Part shown: positions 39,631 to 49,416 of the stretch, in pieces
How positions within the stretch are numbered: position 1 is the first letter of the stretch
Layout of the letters: every line of letters begins with the position of its first letter
Position numbers and translations under genes: made by a program
Notes under the pieces: model-generated
Databases searched by the model: none
The model's input: only the letters and a program-made list of their open reading frames with translations
What the model was told of the DNA's origin: nothing
DNA from: an uncultured bacterium
GTDB taxonomy: Bacteria; Krumholzibacteriota; Krumholzibacteriia; Krumholzibacteriales; Krumholzibacteriaceae
NCBI GenBank assembly: GCA_963786935.1
Contig: CAWBAN010000001.1
Span: forward strand, 352,001 to 416,000
Length of the DNA: 64,000 nucleotides
Direction of reading: 5' to 3'

Positions 39631-39659
39631 AGTATAGTCCCGTTTCATTTTCCTGTCAA
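39631..39659 (-). promoter_or_regulatory. Near-perfect sigma70 promoter driving the candidate sRNA
   Basis: TTGACA (39659-39654)-17 nt-TATACT (39636-39631) on the minus strand; no CDS downstream. Confidence 0.8.
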
Positions 39660-40652
39660 TGACGCGCCTCGTTTTATCGGGTCTTTTCCGCCGTCGCCCC
39701 CGCCGTTTCTCCCCTGATTGCTCTGCGTGAGGTAGAGGCCGAAGAGCACGAGCGCGGCCCCGAACACGAAGAATCCCGTTATCGATTCGTTGAAGAAGAG
39801 ACTCCCGAAAAGCGCCGCGAAGGGGGGGTTGAGGTACACGAACGAGGCCACCGAGGTCGCGGGCATCGACTTGAGCGCGGCGAACCAGATCCAGAATCCC
39901 ACGAGCGTGCAGAGCACGGTCAGATGGGCGAGCGCGATCCAGTGCATCGGGGAGAAGGAGCCGAGGGCGTCGAGGAACGGCCGGCCCGCCGCGGAAAGAA
40001 AGGGGAGGGTCCCGATGATGATCGTCAGGTAGGTCACGGTCAGGGCCGATGTCTTCGCGAGGACGTTCTTTCCCACGATCGTGTAGATCGTCCAGCAGAG
40101 CGGGGCGAGCGCCGTGATGAGGACGTAGCGGAGCTCGGCGTGGGATACTCCGGTGACCCGGCCGAGACCGACCCTCCCCCAGCGCACGACGACGTAGAGC
40201 CCCGCGAAGGCGATGAGAATGCCGAGCGTCCGCCGCCAGGGCACCCGTTCCTTGAGAAAGACGATGGCCCCGAGCAGGGTGAAGAGCGGAGCGAGGGTGG
40301 TGATCAGCGCCGCGGCGCCCGGCTTGATCTCGCTCTGCCCGATGTAGAGGAAGAAATTGTAGCCGGCGATCCCCGTGAGCCCCATCACGATGAGCCGCAG
40401 CGGGGCCCGTTTCAGGGCCGCCGCGCTCTCCCGGCGCGCGCCGGGCACGGCGAGCAGGTAGGCGAGGCAGAATACTGCCGCGGGGAGGAACCGGGCGAGA
40501 ACGAGCTGCATCGGGGTCATGACCTCTCGGAGGTACTTGATCGCGGTGAACGCGTTCGACCAGATCACGAACAGGAGCACGAGGAGCACCCGCACGGCGA
40601 TGCCGGAGAGGTGCGCCGGATCCCGTTCCGATGCGTTCGCTGAAGCAGTCAT
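39645..40652 (-). CDS. DMT/EamA family transporter
   Basis: Two EamA repeats: IWSNAFTAIK...ARF, LAPLFTLL...FLKER, FVYLNPPFAALFG...NE. Confidence 0.93.
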   Translation of the reverse strand: MTASANASERDPAHLSGIAVRVLLVLLFVIWSNAFTAIKYLREVMTPMQLVLARFLPAAVFCLAYLLAVPGARRESAAALKRAPLRLIVMGLTGIAGYNFFLYIGQSEIKPGAAALITTLAPLFTLLGAIVFLKERVPWRRTLGILIAFAGLYVVVRWGRVGLGRVTGVSHAELRYVLITALAPLCWTIYTIVGKNVLAKTSALTVTYLTIIIGTLPFLSAAGRPFLDALGSFSPMHWIALAHLTVLCTLVGFWIWFAALKSMPATSVASFVYLNPPFAALFGSLFFNESITGFFVFGAALVLFGLYLTQSNQGRNGGGDGGKDPIKRGASLTGK

Positions 40653-40692
40653 CGGCAGCCTTTCGAAACGAGGGGTAACGACAAGGAGCGCC

Positions 40693-40722
40693 TTGAAACC
40701 ATAAGACCGTTTATGGTATAAT
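40693..40722 (+). promoter_or_regulatory. Sigma70-type promoter
   Basis: TTGAAA-18 nt-TATAAT with extended -10 TGn. Confidence 0.6.
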
Positions 40723-40783
40723 GAAACGGTGAAGGGCGGCAAGTAAAACAACGCGTGCTGCGCAACAGCGAAAGGATGTGAGG

Positions 40784-41161
40784 ATGATGGCGAAACGCAT
40801 CATTCTGCTCGTGGCGCTGGCGGCCCTTCTCGGCGCCACCGCGATCGAAGCGGTAACCCCCGAAAAGGGGAAAAAGGGCCGTAAGTACTTCCGGCACTCC
40901 TACTACGTCGCCAATCTCCAGAACGACAAGCTCGCCGTGTACGAGGAATACGGCTATCCGATTCATCGTCTCCGCGAGTACGCGTACGGGGAGATCACCG
41001 AGACCTGGACGTATTATGCCGACGGCGTAGAGTTTGTGTTCGATCAGGGTTCCAACCTCCTGCGGACGAGGACCTTCAGACCGGAGAACCGGCGGGAGCG
41101 TTTCGAGGAATTCCCCGGCCTCGGGGACCGGGAGCGCATCGAGCTGTTCCCCGGGTACTGA
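40784..41161 (+). CDS. Small secreted hypothetical protein
   Basis: Signal peptide MMAKRIILLVALAALLGATAIEA; own promoter and terminator; YGYP...ETWTY...FVFD motif. Confidence 0.7.
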   Translation: MMAKRIILLVALAALLGATAIEAVTPEKGKKGRKYFRHSYYVANLQNDKLAVYEEYGYPIHRLREYAYGEITETWTYYADGVEFVFDQGSNLLRTRTFRPENRRERFEEFPGLGDRERIELFPGY

Positions 41162-41211
41162 TTTGGGATTCGGGTGCGTGAAGCGGGCCGATCACCTCGG
41201 TCCGGAGAAAT

Positions 41212-41241
41212 GGGGGCGCACATCTGTCGTGCCCCCCTTTT
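41212..41241 (+). terminator. Probable intrinsic terminator
   Basis: GGGGG-C-GCAC-ATCTGTC-GTGC-CCCCC-TTTT. Confidence 0.55.
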
Positions 41242-41400
41242 CTCTATTTCCATACTTCGGCGCGGTGCGCGCATTCGCAAAAAAATAGTTGAAATATCGA
41301 GCGATAGTTGATATATTCGCGGCGGTTGATGCGCGCGGCGCGCACTTGCAATTGCTTTTAATTGTTGAAGTTATAGAAGGATAAACCTGCGAGGTGGTCA

Positions 41401-42789
41401 ATGGCCGGCTCGAAATCAAAGGGGAAGGCGGATATCGCCCCGACGAAGGTGCACGAATCGCTCGCCAAGCATATGCTCGTGGACGGTTTCCCCTTCGTGC
41501 TCGACATGGACAAGAGCCACGGCTCATTCATGGTCGACAAGGCGACGGGAAAGGAATACCTCGATTTCTTCACGTTCTTCGCGTCGAATGCGCTCGGGCA
41601 TAACCATCCGGGCCTCCATGAGCCGGGATTTCACAAGCGAATCGGCGAGATGGCGATCACGAAGCCGTCGAACTCCGATCTCTACACGGTCGAAATGGCA
41701 GAGTTCGTCGATACCTTCGCCCGCATCGCGGTGCCCGAGAACCTTCCTCATCTCTTCTTCATCGACGGGGGAGCGCTCGCCGTCGAGAACGCCCTCAAGG
41801 CGGCGTTCGACTGGAAGGTGCGCAAGAACTTCGCGCGGGGCTACAAGGAGGAGCGGGGACATCAGGTCATCCACTTTTGCGAGGCGTTCCACGGGCGCAC
41901 CGGCTACACGATGTCCCTCACCAACACCGATCCGACGAAGGTGAACTACTACCCGAAGTTCGACTGGCCGCGCATCGAGAACCCGAAGATCGTCTTCCCG
42001 CTCGAGAAGAACCTCGACGCGGTCGTCGCCGCCGAGAGGCGCGCGATCGCCTCGATCGAGAAGGCCATTCTCGACAACAAGGACGACATCGCGGCGATCA
42101 TACTGGAGCCGATTCAGGGGGAGGGCGGGGACAACCATTTCCGGCCCGAGTTTCTCCGGGAGCTGCGCCGGATCGCCGACGAGAACGAGATCATTCTCGT
42201 GCTCGACGAGGTGCAGACCGGCCTCGGCATGACGGGCAAAATGTGGTGTTTCGAGCATTTCGGCATGACGCCCGACATCGTGGCCTTCGGCAAGAAAACG
42301 CAGGTGTGCGGAATCATGGCGAGCGATCGCCTCAACGAGGTCGAGAGCGTGTTCAAGGTGCCGAGCCGCATCAACTCGACCTGGGGCGGAAACCTCGTCG
42401 ACATGTATCGGGCGAAGAGGATCCTCGAGATCATCGAGGAGGAGAATCTCGTCGAGAACGCGGCGAAGATGGGCGAGGCCCTGCTCGCGGGGCTCCGGGA
42501 TCTCGAATCGCGCTTCCCGAAGCTCATCTCGAACGCCCGCGGGAGAGGCCTCTTCTGCGCGTTCGATCTCGCCGACGTCGCGTGCCGGGACACGCTCGTC
42601 ACCTCGTGCGTCAAGCAGGGGCTCCTCATTCTCAAGTGCGGCGTGAAGACGATCCGGTTCCGGCCGCCGCTCAACGTGCGGAAGGCCGAGATCGACAAGG
42701 CGATCGGCATCATGGCGGAGGTCGTCAAGGAGTACAAGGGGAAGACGACCTGCTCCGGGGACACGTCGCGAACGGTGGAGACGGAATAG
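41401..42789 (+). CDS. lat: L-lysine 6-transaminase (class III PLP aminotransferase)
   Basis: HMLVDG, LDFFTFFAS, KPSNSD, GALAVENALKAAFDWK, AFHGRTGYTMSLTNT, EPIQGEGGD, DEVQTG, FGKK, RINSTWGGN. Confidence 0.93.
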   Translation: MAGSKSKGKADIAPTKVHESLAKHMLVDGFPFVLDMDKSHGSFMVDKATGKEYLDFFTFFASNALGHNHPGLHEPGFHKRIGEMAITKPSNSDLYTVEMAEFVDTFARIAVPENLPHLFFIDGGALAVENALKAAFDWKVRKNFARGYKEERGHQVIHFCEAFHGRTGYTMSLTNTDPTKVNYYPKFDWPRIENPKIVFPLEKNLDAVVAAERRAIASIEKAILDNKDDIAAIILEPIQGEGGDNHFRPEFLRELRRIADENEIILVLDEVQTGLGMTGKMWCFEHFGMTPDIVAFGKKTQVCGIMASDRLNEVESVFKVPSRINSTWGGNLVDMYRAKRILEIIEEENLVENAAKMGEALLAGLRDLESRFPKLISNARGRGLFCAFDLADVACRDTLVTSCVKQGLLILKCGVKTIRFRPPLNVRKAEIDKAIGIMAEVVKEYKGKTTCSGDTSRTVETE

Positions 42790-42794
42790 GGGGA

Positions 42795-43073
42795 TTACTT
42801 CGTATCCTTGCGCTTCTTCGAATCGTTATCTTTCGGAGAGGGGGCGGTCGACACCGCCTCCTCTTTTTCTTTCTTTTCTCTCGCGCTGAAGTCCTTGCTC
42901 CGGTAATCGGTGCGGTAGAAGCCGCTCCCCTTGAGGATGTGAGCGACCGCCTGGATCACGCGGTACACGTTGCCGCGGCACTTCGGGCAGCGCTTCCGCG
43001 GCGGGGCGGTGATCCGTTGCTCGTAGTCGAACTCGTACCCGCATTTTTCGCATGAATACCGGTAGGTGACCAT
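42795..43073 (-). CDS. FmdB family zinc-ribbon protein
   Basis: TYRYSCEKCG...CPKC...KGSGFYRTDY. Confidence 0.9.
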   Translation of the reverse strand: MVTYRYSCEKCGYEFDYEQRITAPPRKRCPKCRGNVYRVIQAVAHILKGSGFYRTDYRSKDFSAREKKEKEEAVSTAPSPKDNDSKKRKDTK

Positions 43074-43236
43074 CGTAGATCCTTTCGAACGCATCCGTGC
43101 AGGGTCGCTCACGGAAACGTAGGCGAGCGGGAGGCAAAAATCAAGCGAAAGGTGCCTTGCCCCCGGGGCTTCCCGCCGGGTACAATATAGCAATACGGTC
43201 GTCGCGGGGCGCGGCGGCCGGACACGGGAGGCATTC

Positions 43237-45540
43237 ATGAAGCTGCGCGTCGCGCTCATGATCGCGGCCGTCGCCGCGGCTGCCGCGGGAGAGGTCCTGG
43301 CGCAGGCTCCGTCGGCGGTTATCCGCACGAGGCTCACGAAAGAGATCTCCCAGAAAGCGCTCGTCGAGCGGGGCGTCGACATTCTGCACGTCTATCGCGA
43401 CGGGCGCGCGGATCTCGCCGTGACCGACGAACAGCTCGCCTGGATACAATCGAAGGGGGTCCTGGTCGCCGTGCTCGAGCGGGACGTTCTCGCCGCTCCC
43501 GCCGCGCTCGACGAGAATCTCGGCCAGTACCACACCTACGCGGAGATGGAGGCGGAGCTCGCCTCCCTGGCCGCGTCCTACCCCTCGATCGCGCGCATCG
43601 ATACGATGGGAACGTCCGTCGAGGGGCGCGCGATCCGGGCGCTCAAGATATCGGACGGGGTCTCGATAGACGAGGACGAGCCCGAGGTGCTTATCATGGG
43701 CTGCCATCACGCGCGCGAGCTCATGTCCGTCGAGGTGCCGCTCAAGCTCGCCCGATATCTCCTCGATCACTATGCGACCGACCCGCGCGTCGCGGGGCTC
43801 GTCGATTCCCGGGAGATCTGGATCGCGCCGATGATCAACGTCGACGGGCACGTCTACGTCGAGCAGAACCACGCCGGTTCCTCATCGACGTGGTGGCGCA
43901 AGAACCGCGTGCACAATCTCGACGGCAGCTACGGCGTCGATCTCAACCGGAACTACGGCTACCAGTGGGGCTACGACGACATCGGGAGCTCGCCGACTCC
44001 CTCCTCGGCGCTCTTCCGCGGGACGGCCCCCTTCAGCGAGAGCGAAACGCGCGTGGTTCGCGATCTCTGCGCGGGGAGGGAGTTCGCGATGAGCCTCTCG
44101 TACCACTCCTACGGAGAGCTCATCCTCTATCCGTGGGGATACGCGGCGATCAACACGATCGACAACGGGCTCTTCGCCGCGCTCGGGGATTCATTGAGCC
44201 GGGACAACGGCTATACCGCCGGAAACGCCGCCTCCGGAGCGATCTACATCACGAACGGCGACAGCGACGACTGGCTCTACGGCGACGCGGCGTTCAAGGC
44301 GCCCGTCTACGCCTTCACCGTCGAGCTCAACAGCTACGAGGAGGGGGGATTCGCCCCGCCGGAGAGCCTCATCCAGCCGACCTTCGACGCGATGCTCGAG
44401 CTGAATCTGCGCTTCCTCGATCTCGCCGGGAATCCCGCTCGTCTGCTCGGCCCCCAGCCTCCCGCGATGAACGAAATCGCGATGCTCAATCCGCCGAGCT
44501 ACGAGATCAGCTGGTCCGGCCCCTCCGGGGAGGATCCGAACCCGGCCGTATCGTACAATCTCGTCGAGATCAAGAATCTCGCCGGCGCTCTCGATTCCGT
44601 GGAGGCGGGGAACGCCCTCTGGGAGCTCGACGGGTTCGTCATCTCGACCGCGCGCTCGTTCGTCGGCTTCTCGAGCTTCTACTCGGGACGGGGGGACAAT
44701 CTGGTTCGCTCCGCGAGCATGAAGCACGTCTATCCGATGTGGTTCCCGCCGACGCTCGAGTGCCGTCTCTGGTACGACATCGAGCAGGACTGGGATTACG
44801 CGTACCTCGAGGGGAGCGTCGACGGGGGAGCGACGTGGCTCACGATTCCGGGCAACCGGACGACCGACTCGAATCCCTACGGGAACAATCGCGGAAACGG
44901 CATCACCGGCAGCTCCGGCGGGTGGGTCACCGCGACGTTCGACATGCGGAGCCTCATCGTATGCGAGACGGGGGGCCTGCTCCTGCGGTTCCTCTATTCG
45001 ACCGACGCCTCCGTGAACAAGGAGGGAATATTCGTCGACGCGGTGGATCAGACGATCAAGGTCGAGCGGGAATCGACGATCGCCTCGAACCTCGCGACGA
45101 CCTGGTATCACCGCTGGCCCGAAGAGACGGGGAGCTTCATCTATCACGTGCGCGCCTTCGACGCCGATGGGCACGCGAGCAGGATGAGCAATCTCGCCGC
45201 GGCCGAGGTGAACGACCTGACGGGCGCCGCGCCCCCGGCGCTCGCGTCGGGGCTCGAGCAGAACTATCCCAATCCCTTCAATCCGGCGACGACGATCCGG
45301 TTCACCGTCGGTCCGCGCGAGGCGCCGGCGGGCCGGACGGCGGAGGTGAATCTGAGGCTCTACGACGTTTCCGGCAGAACGGTCGCCGTTCTCGAGGACG
45401 ACAAGCTCTCCTCGGGGGGATACGCCGCGGCGTGGAACGGTCTCGGGAAATCGGGCGAGCCTCTCGCGAGCGGCATATACTTTGCAGAGTTGCGGGTCGG
45501 TGACCGGGTGTTCGTCCGGAAGATGGTGCTGCTGAGGTAG
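43237..45540 (+). CDS. Secreted M14 zinc carboxypeptidase (carboxypeptidase T-like) with immune-inhibitor-A-like beta domain and C-terminal sorting domain
   Basis: HHARE, NVDG, WRKN, GVDLNRNY, FSESET, YHSY, FTVEL; WYDIEQDWDYAY...GNGITGSSGGW; QNYPNPFNP...ASGIYF...KMVLLR. Confidence 0.9.
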   Translation: MKLRVALMIAAVAAAAAGEVLAQAPSAVIRTRLTKEISQKALVERGVDILHVYRDGRADLAVTDEQLAWIQSKGVLVAVLERDVLAAPAALDENLGQYHTYAEMEAELASLAASYPSIARIDTMGTSVEGRAIRALKISDGVSIDEDEPEVLIMGCHHARELMSVEVPLKLARYLLDHYATDPRVAGLVDSREIWIAPMINVDGHVYVEQNHAGSSSTWWRKNRVHNLDGSYGVDLNRNYGYQWGYDDIGSSPTPSSALFRGTAPFSESETRVVRDLCAGREFAMSLSYHSYGELILYPWGYAAINTIDNGLFAALGDSLSRDNGYTAGNAASGAIYITNGDSDDWLYGDAAFKAPVYAFTVELNSYEEGGFAPPESLIQPTFDAMLELNLRFLDLAGNPARLLGPQPPAMNEIAMLNPPSYEISWSGPSGEDPNPAVSYNLVEIKNLAGALDSVEAGNALWELDGFVISTARSFVGFSSFYSGRGDNLVRSASMKHVYPMWFPPTLECRLWYDIEQDWDYAYLEGSVDGGATWLTIPGNRTTDSNPYGNNRGNGITGSSGGWVTATFDMRSLIVCETGGLLLRFLYSTDASVNKEGIFVDAVDQTIKVERESTIASNLATTWYHRWPEETGSFIYHVRAFDADGHASRMSNLAAAEVNDLTGAAPPALASGLEQNYPNPFNPATTIRFTVGPREAPAGRTAEVNLRLYDVSGRTVAVLEDDKLSSGGYAAAWNGLGKSGEPLASGIYFAELRVGDRVFVRKMVLLR

Positions 45541-45551
45541 CCGGTGTCCGC

Positions 45552-46280
45552 ATGGTGCTGTCGATCATCATACCTGTTTACAACGAGGAGAGCACGATCG
45601 CGCTCGTCCTGCGCAAGCTCCTCGCGATGACGTTCCCGTTCGGCGTCGAGATCATCGTCGTCGACGACGGATCGACCGACCGGACGCGGGAATTCATCGC
45701 GGAGGTCAATCGGGACAACGTCCTCAAGGTCCACACCTCCCTCATCAACCTCGGCAAGGGAGCCGCCGTTCGGTTCGGGTTCGAGTACGTGAACGGCGAT
45801 TACGTGATCATCCAGGACGCCGATCTGGAGCTCGATCCCGAGGATATCATCAAGCTGCTGCAGCCGATCATCGACGGGAAGACGGACGTCGTGTACGGCT
45901 CGCGTTTCAAGTCCCGCTCCACGCGCAGGATCGCGGTGCCCTGGTACACGATCCTCGCGAACAAGATCCTCGCCGGCTACACGAATCTCCTCTACGGGAG
46001 CTCCCTGACGGATATGGCGACGTCCTACAAGCTCGTGCGGACGAGCATCGTCCGGAACCTGAACATGCGATGCGTCGGTTTCGAGTTCGATCCGGAGCTC
46101 ACGGGGAAGATCCTCCGGCTCGGATACCGGATCGTCGAGGTGCCCATCAGCTACGAGCCCCGCACCACCGAGCAGGGCAAGAAGATCACGTGGTGGGACG
46201 GCTTCAGGTTCATGTACTATCTCACGAAGTTCCGCGTCCAGCGCGCGGATTCGTTCGTGCGCACAACGAAACGGCCATGA
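45552..46280 (+). CDS. GT2 polyprenol-phosphate glycosyltransferase (DPM1-like)
   Basis: IIPVYNEE, VDDGSTD, GKGAA, IQDADLE, VYGSRF, EVPISY.PR...GKKI.W.DG. Confidence 0.92.
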   Translation: MVLSIIIPVYNEESTIALVLRKLLAMTFPFGVEIIVVDDGSTDRTREFIAEVNRDNVLKVHTSLINLGKGAAVRFGFEYVNGDYVIIQDADLELDPEDIIKLLQPIIDGKTDVVYGSRFKSRSTRRIAVPWYTILANKILAGYTNLLYGSSLTDMATSYKLVRTSIVRNLNMRCVGFEFDPELTGKILRLGYRIVEVPISYEPRTTEQGKKITWWDGFRFMYYLTKFRVQRADSFVRTTKRP

Positions 46281-47266
46281 AGAACTGGAAGACGGCGGTC
46301 GGCGTCGCGGTGAGCGCTCTGTTTCTCTACCTCGCGTTTCGGTCGGTGCGTCTCGATGAGCTCGCGCGGGCGTTCAGGACCGCCGACTACCGCCTCCTCG
46401 CGCCCGCGATGGCGCTCGTGCTCGTGAGCCTGGCGTTCCGGGCGCTCCGGTGGCGGTACCTGCTTTCCCCCGTCAAGAGCATCGGGATTCCGAGCCTCTA
46501 CTACGCGATCGGGATCGGCGCGATGGTGAACATCGCCCTGCCGGCGAGGCTCGGTGAGCTCGTCCGGGCGCACGCGATCGGGAAGAAGGAGGGGATCAGC
46601 AGGAGCGCCGCCTTCGCGACGATCATTCTCGACCGGGTGTTCGACGGCCTCGCGCTGCTCTTCTTTCTCGCGATCGTGGCCCTGTTCGGCTCGAAGTATT
46701 TTCAGGGATGGCTCGCGCGCGCCGGCTATTTCGCGGTGGGGGGCAGCCTCCTCGCGTTCGCCGCTCTCCTGCTCCTCAAGACCCATACGCGCGTCGCCGT
46801 GCGGTGGGCGGAGGCGGCGCTGAAGCCGTTTCCCGCGGCCGCGCGGACGAAGCTCCTCGCCGTCCTGCATTCGTTCGTCGAGGGGCTCGGCATATTCCGC
46901 AGCGCCCGGAGTCTGATCGCCGCGTTCGTCCTCTCTCCGCTCGTGTGGCTTCCGAACGTGGCGATGATCTCGATCCTCCTGGCGTCGGCGGGGATCCATT
47001 GCTCCGTGCTCGTTTCGACGCTGCTCCTCGTCGCCCTCTGCGTCGGCGTCGCGCTCCCGTCCGCGCCCGGCTTCGTCGGGAACGTGCAGTTCGTGTGCGT
47101 GGCGATCCTGAAGCTCTTCGGGGTGGAGACGGAGCAGGCCCTCATGTTCTCGCTGATCTACAACGCATGCATCTTCGTCGCCGTCCTCGGCAACGGTCTC
47201 GTGTGCGTGTTCGCAGAAGGCTTGTCATTCGGCGAGATCGGCGGTATCATCGGCCTGAAGAAATGA
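46277..47266 (+). CDS. Lysylphosphatidylglycerol-synthase TM domain (AglD-like putative flippase)
   Basis: RALRWRYLL, NIALPARLGELVRA, ILDRVFDG, PSAPGFVG. Confidence 0.88.
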   Translation: MKNWKTAVGVAVSALFLYLAFRSVRLDELARAFRTADYRLLAPAMALVLVSLAFRALRWRYLLSPVKSIGIPSLYYAIGIGAMVNIALPARLGELVRAHAIGKKEGISRSAAFATIILDRVFDGLALLFFLAIVALFGSKYFQGWLARAGYFAVGGSLLAFAALLLLKTHTRVAVRWAEAALKPFPAAARTKLLAVLHSFVEGLGIFRSARSLIAAFVLSPLVWLPNVAMISILLASAGIHCSVLVSTLLLVALCVGVALPSAPGFVGNVQFVCVAILKLFGVETEQALMFSLIYNACIFVAVLGNGLVCVFAEGLSFGEIGGIIGLKK

Positions 47267-47312
47267 ACGGATCGCCGGCGTCCCGGTTCGCCGGCGCCGC
47301 GCGGAGGAAGCA

Positions 47313-48035
47313 ATGACGGTGATGACGATGGCTGAACCGACGCAGAAAACGGCGGTGCACACGATCAGCGTGATCGTTCCCGTGTTCAACGAGGCCGACA
47401 CGATACGTGCGCTCCTCAAGAGCCTCCGCGAGGCTCCGTTCCGCAAGGAGATCATCGTCGTCGACGACCGCTCGACCGACGGCACGGGGGAGATCCTCGC
47501 CGGCGAGCGCGACATCGTTCTCGCGCGGCACGACCGGAACCGGGGCAAGGGCGCGGCGATCCGGACCGGGCTGGCGCGCGCGACCGGCGATATCATCATC
47601 ATCCAGGACGCCGATCTCGAATACGATCCGAAGGAGATTCCGAGGGTCGTCGCCCCCATCGTCGAAGGAGCCGCGGACATATCCTACGGGAGCCGTTTCA
47701 CCCGCGGGCTGCCGAAGGACATGCCCGCCGCGAACAAGATCGCGAACCTGATCCTCGCGTGGACGGTGCGCTTCCTCTTCCGCTATCCCCTGACCGACGA
47801 GGCGACCTGCTACAAGGCGTTTCGCGCCTCCGTCCTCAAATCGATGCCGCTCCGGTGCGAGCGGTTCGAGTTCTGCCCCGAGGTCACCGCGAAGGCGCTC
47901 CGGGCGGGGTACCGGATCGTCGAGACGGAGCTCGTCAACTACCGGCCCCGGACGAACCGGACGGGGAAGAAGATTCGCTGGACGGACGGGGTGGAGGCGG
48001 TGTTCACGCTCGTCCGGTACCGTTTCTCGCGGTGA
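47313..48035 (+). CDS. GT2 polyprenol-phosphate glycosyltransferase (DPM1-like)
   Basis: VPVFNE, VDDRSTDGT, NRGKGAAIR, IQDADLEYDP, TDEATCYK, FEFCPEVTAK, GKKIRWTDG. Confidence 0.92.
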   Translation: MTVMTMAEPTQKTAVHTISVIVPVFNEADTIRALLKSLREAPFRKEIIVVDDRSTDGTGEILAGERDIVLARHDRNRGKGAAIRTGLARATGDIIIIQDADLEYDPKEIPRVVAPIVEGAADISYGSRFTRGLPKDMPAANKIANLILAWTVRFLFRYPLTDEATCYKAFRASVLKSMPLRCERFEFCPEVTAKALRAGYRIVETELVNYRPRTNRTGKKIRWTDGVEAVFTLVRYRFSR

Positions 48036-49416
48036 CGCCCGACCGGATGACGTTCCGCGTCGCGGCGATCATCCCGAAAAAGATCCACACGGCATACATG
48101 TAGATGTTGTTCCGCAGGTAATCGATCTTCACCTGGTCGATGATGAAGATGACGAGCGAGACGTTGAGCACCTTCATGAGCGCCTCGGGAAACGGAGAAT
48201 ATACGAGCGAGGCGCGGTATCCGGTGAGCGACGCCCTGAAGAGGCGCACGAGCAGGAAGAGAAACGCGAAGAGCCCGAAGAATCCCGTGATGTTGAAATA
48301 GTACAGGTACGCGTTGTGCGGCCAGAGCTCCGCCTCGATCCCCTTCCCGAACTCCCAGCCGGGCCCGTGCCCGATGAACGGGTGCTCGAAGCCCCGTGTG
48401 ATCGCTCCGCCCCACGCGAGCGCCCGGGTTTCGGGCACGATGCCGCTCTCGAAGGTCGTCTTCATCATTCTGCCGAAGAGCGAGCCCGATATCGTGTAGC
48501 GGGCGACGAAGGTGTCGATGACGAACACGAGCGCGACGAAGGCGCTCCCGATCATCATGAGGCGCACGATGTTGAGATCGCGGCGGCAGACGTAGCCCAT
48601 GTAGAGAATCCCGGCGGCGAGGCTGATGAACGCGCCGCGCGTCACCGTCGAGAAGAGGAGGGCGATATCGGCGACGAGGAGGAAGACGAAGAGCATCCGC
48701 ATGAGGAGCCGCCGCGCGCGAACGGCGAGGAAGAAGATGATCGGCGCGCTCATGGCGAAGTACTCGGCGGTGAGCTCGAAGTCGTGGAAGGGCCCCTGCA
48801 TTCTCACGTCCTTCATGACGAGCTGGCGCTTGTGCTCCGTGTAGAGCCAGCCGGGAATGAGCGTACGTCCCGGAAACATCATCTCGAGCACGGTAAAGAG
48901 CATGACGAGCGCGCAGGTGATCATCGATATCCTCACGGTCGTGTGCAGCTTCCGCTCGTCGGTGACGAAGTTGATGATCATGTAGAAGAGCAGGATCGAC
49001 GCGATGAAATTCAACGTGTGCTGGAGCCCGAAGCGCAGGCTCTCGGGGGTCGTCTCGAAGTTGTAGAACGAGACCGTGTACGACATCAGCATGATCACGA
49101 TGGGAAGGTTGAACTGCCGGTCGAACCGGAGCGCGCTCAATCTCGCCGAGACCCTGATCATGTAGACGATGAAGATGATGAAGATGAAGATCATCGTCGA
49201 ATGGCCGAGGGAGATGCCGAACGGGAAGGGATAGATGATCAGGAGCATCCAGAGCGCGCTCAGCGTCGAGAAGTTCCAGACGAGATAGACGAGGAGGAAC
49301 GCGCCGATCGACTCGATCACGCGTTTCGCCGGCTGCGCGATCTGGACGCCGATGATCGCCCCGGACGCCGCGACGAACGCGATGATGCCGATCTTCAGGG
49401 AACGCTTCGAGCTCAT
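48004..49416 (-). CDS. O-antigen ligase/polymerase (Wzy_C) family membrane protein
   Basis: Multi-TM; RMQGPF, STVTRGA, R...W...HPFIGHGPG, PHNAYL. Confidence 0.85.
   Translation of the reverse strand: MSSKRSLKIGIIAFVAASGAIIGVQIAQPAKRVIESIGAFLLVYLVWNFSTLSALWMLLIIYPFPFGISLGHSTMIFIFIIFIVYMIRVSARLSALRFDRQFNLPIVIMLMSYTVSFYNFETTPESLRFGLQHTLNFIASILLFYMIINFVTDERKLHTTVRISMITCALVMLFTVLEMMFPGRTLIPGWLYTEHKRQLVMKDVRMQGPFHDFELTAEYFAMSAPIIFFLAVRARRLLMRMLFVFLLVADIALLFSTVTRGAFISLAAGILYMGYVCRRDLNIVRLMMIGSAFVALVFVIDTFVARYTISGSLFGRMMKTTFESGIVPETRALAWGGAITRGFEHPFIGHGPGWEFGKGIEAELWPHNAYLYYFNITGFFGLFAFLFLLVRLFRASLTGYRASLVYSPFPEALMKVLNVSLVIFIIDQVKIDYLRNNIYMYAVWIFFGMIAATRNVIRSGVTARNGTGRA

Noticed and set aside
48004..48035. 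3'-end overlaps of convergent genes (also 12034-12047 and 58562-58565)
   Set aside because: Short tail-to-tail overlaps are routine in compact high-GC genomes.
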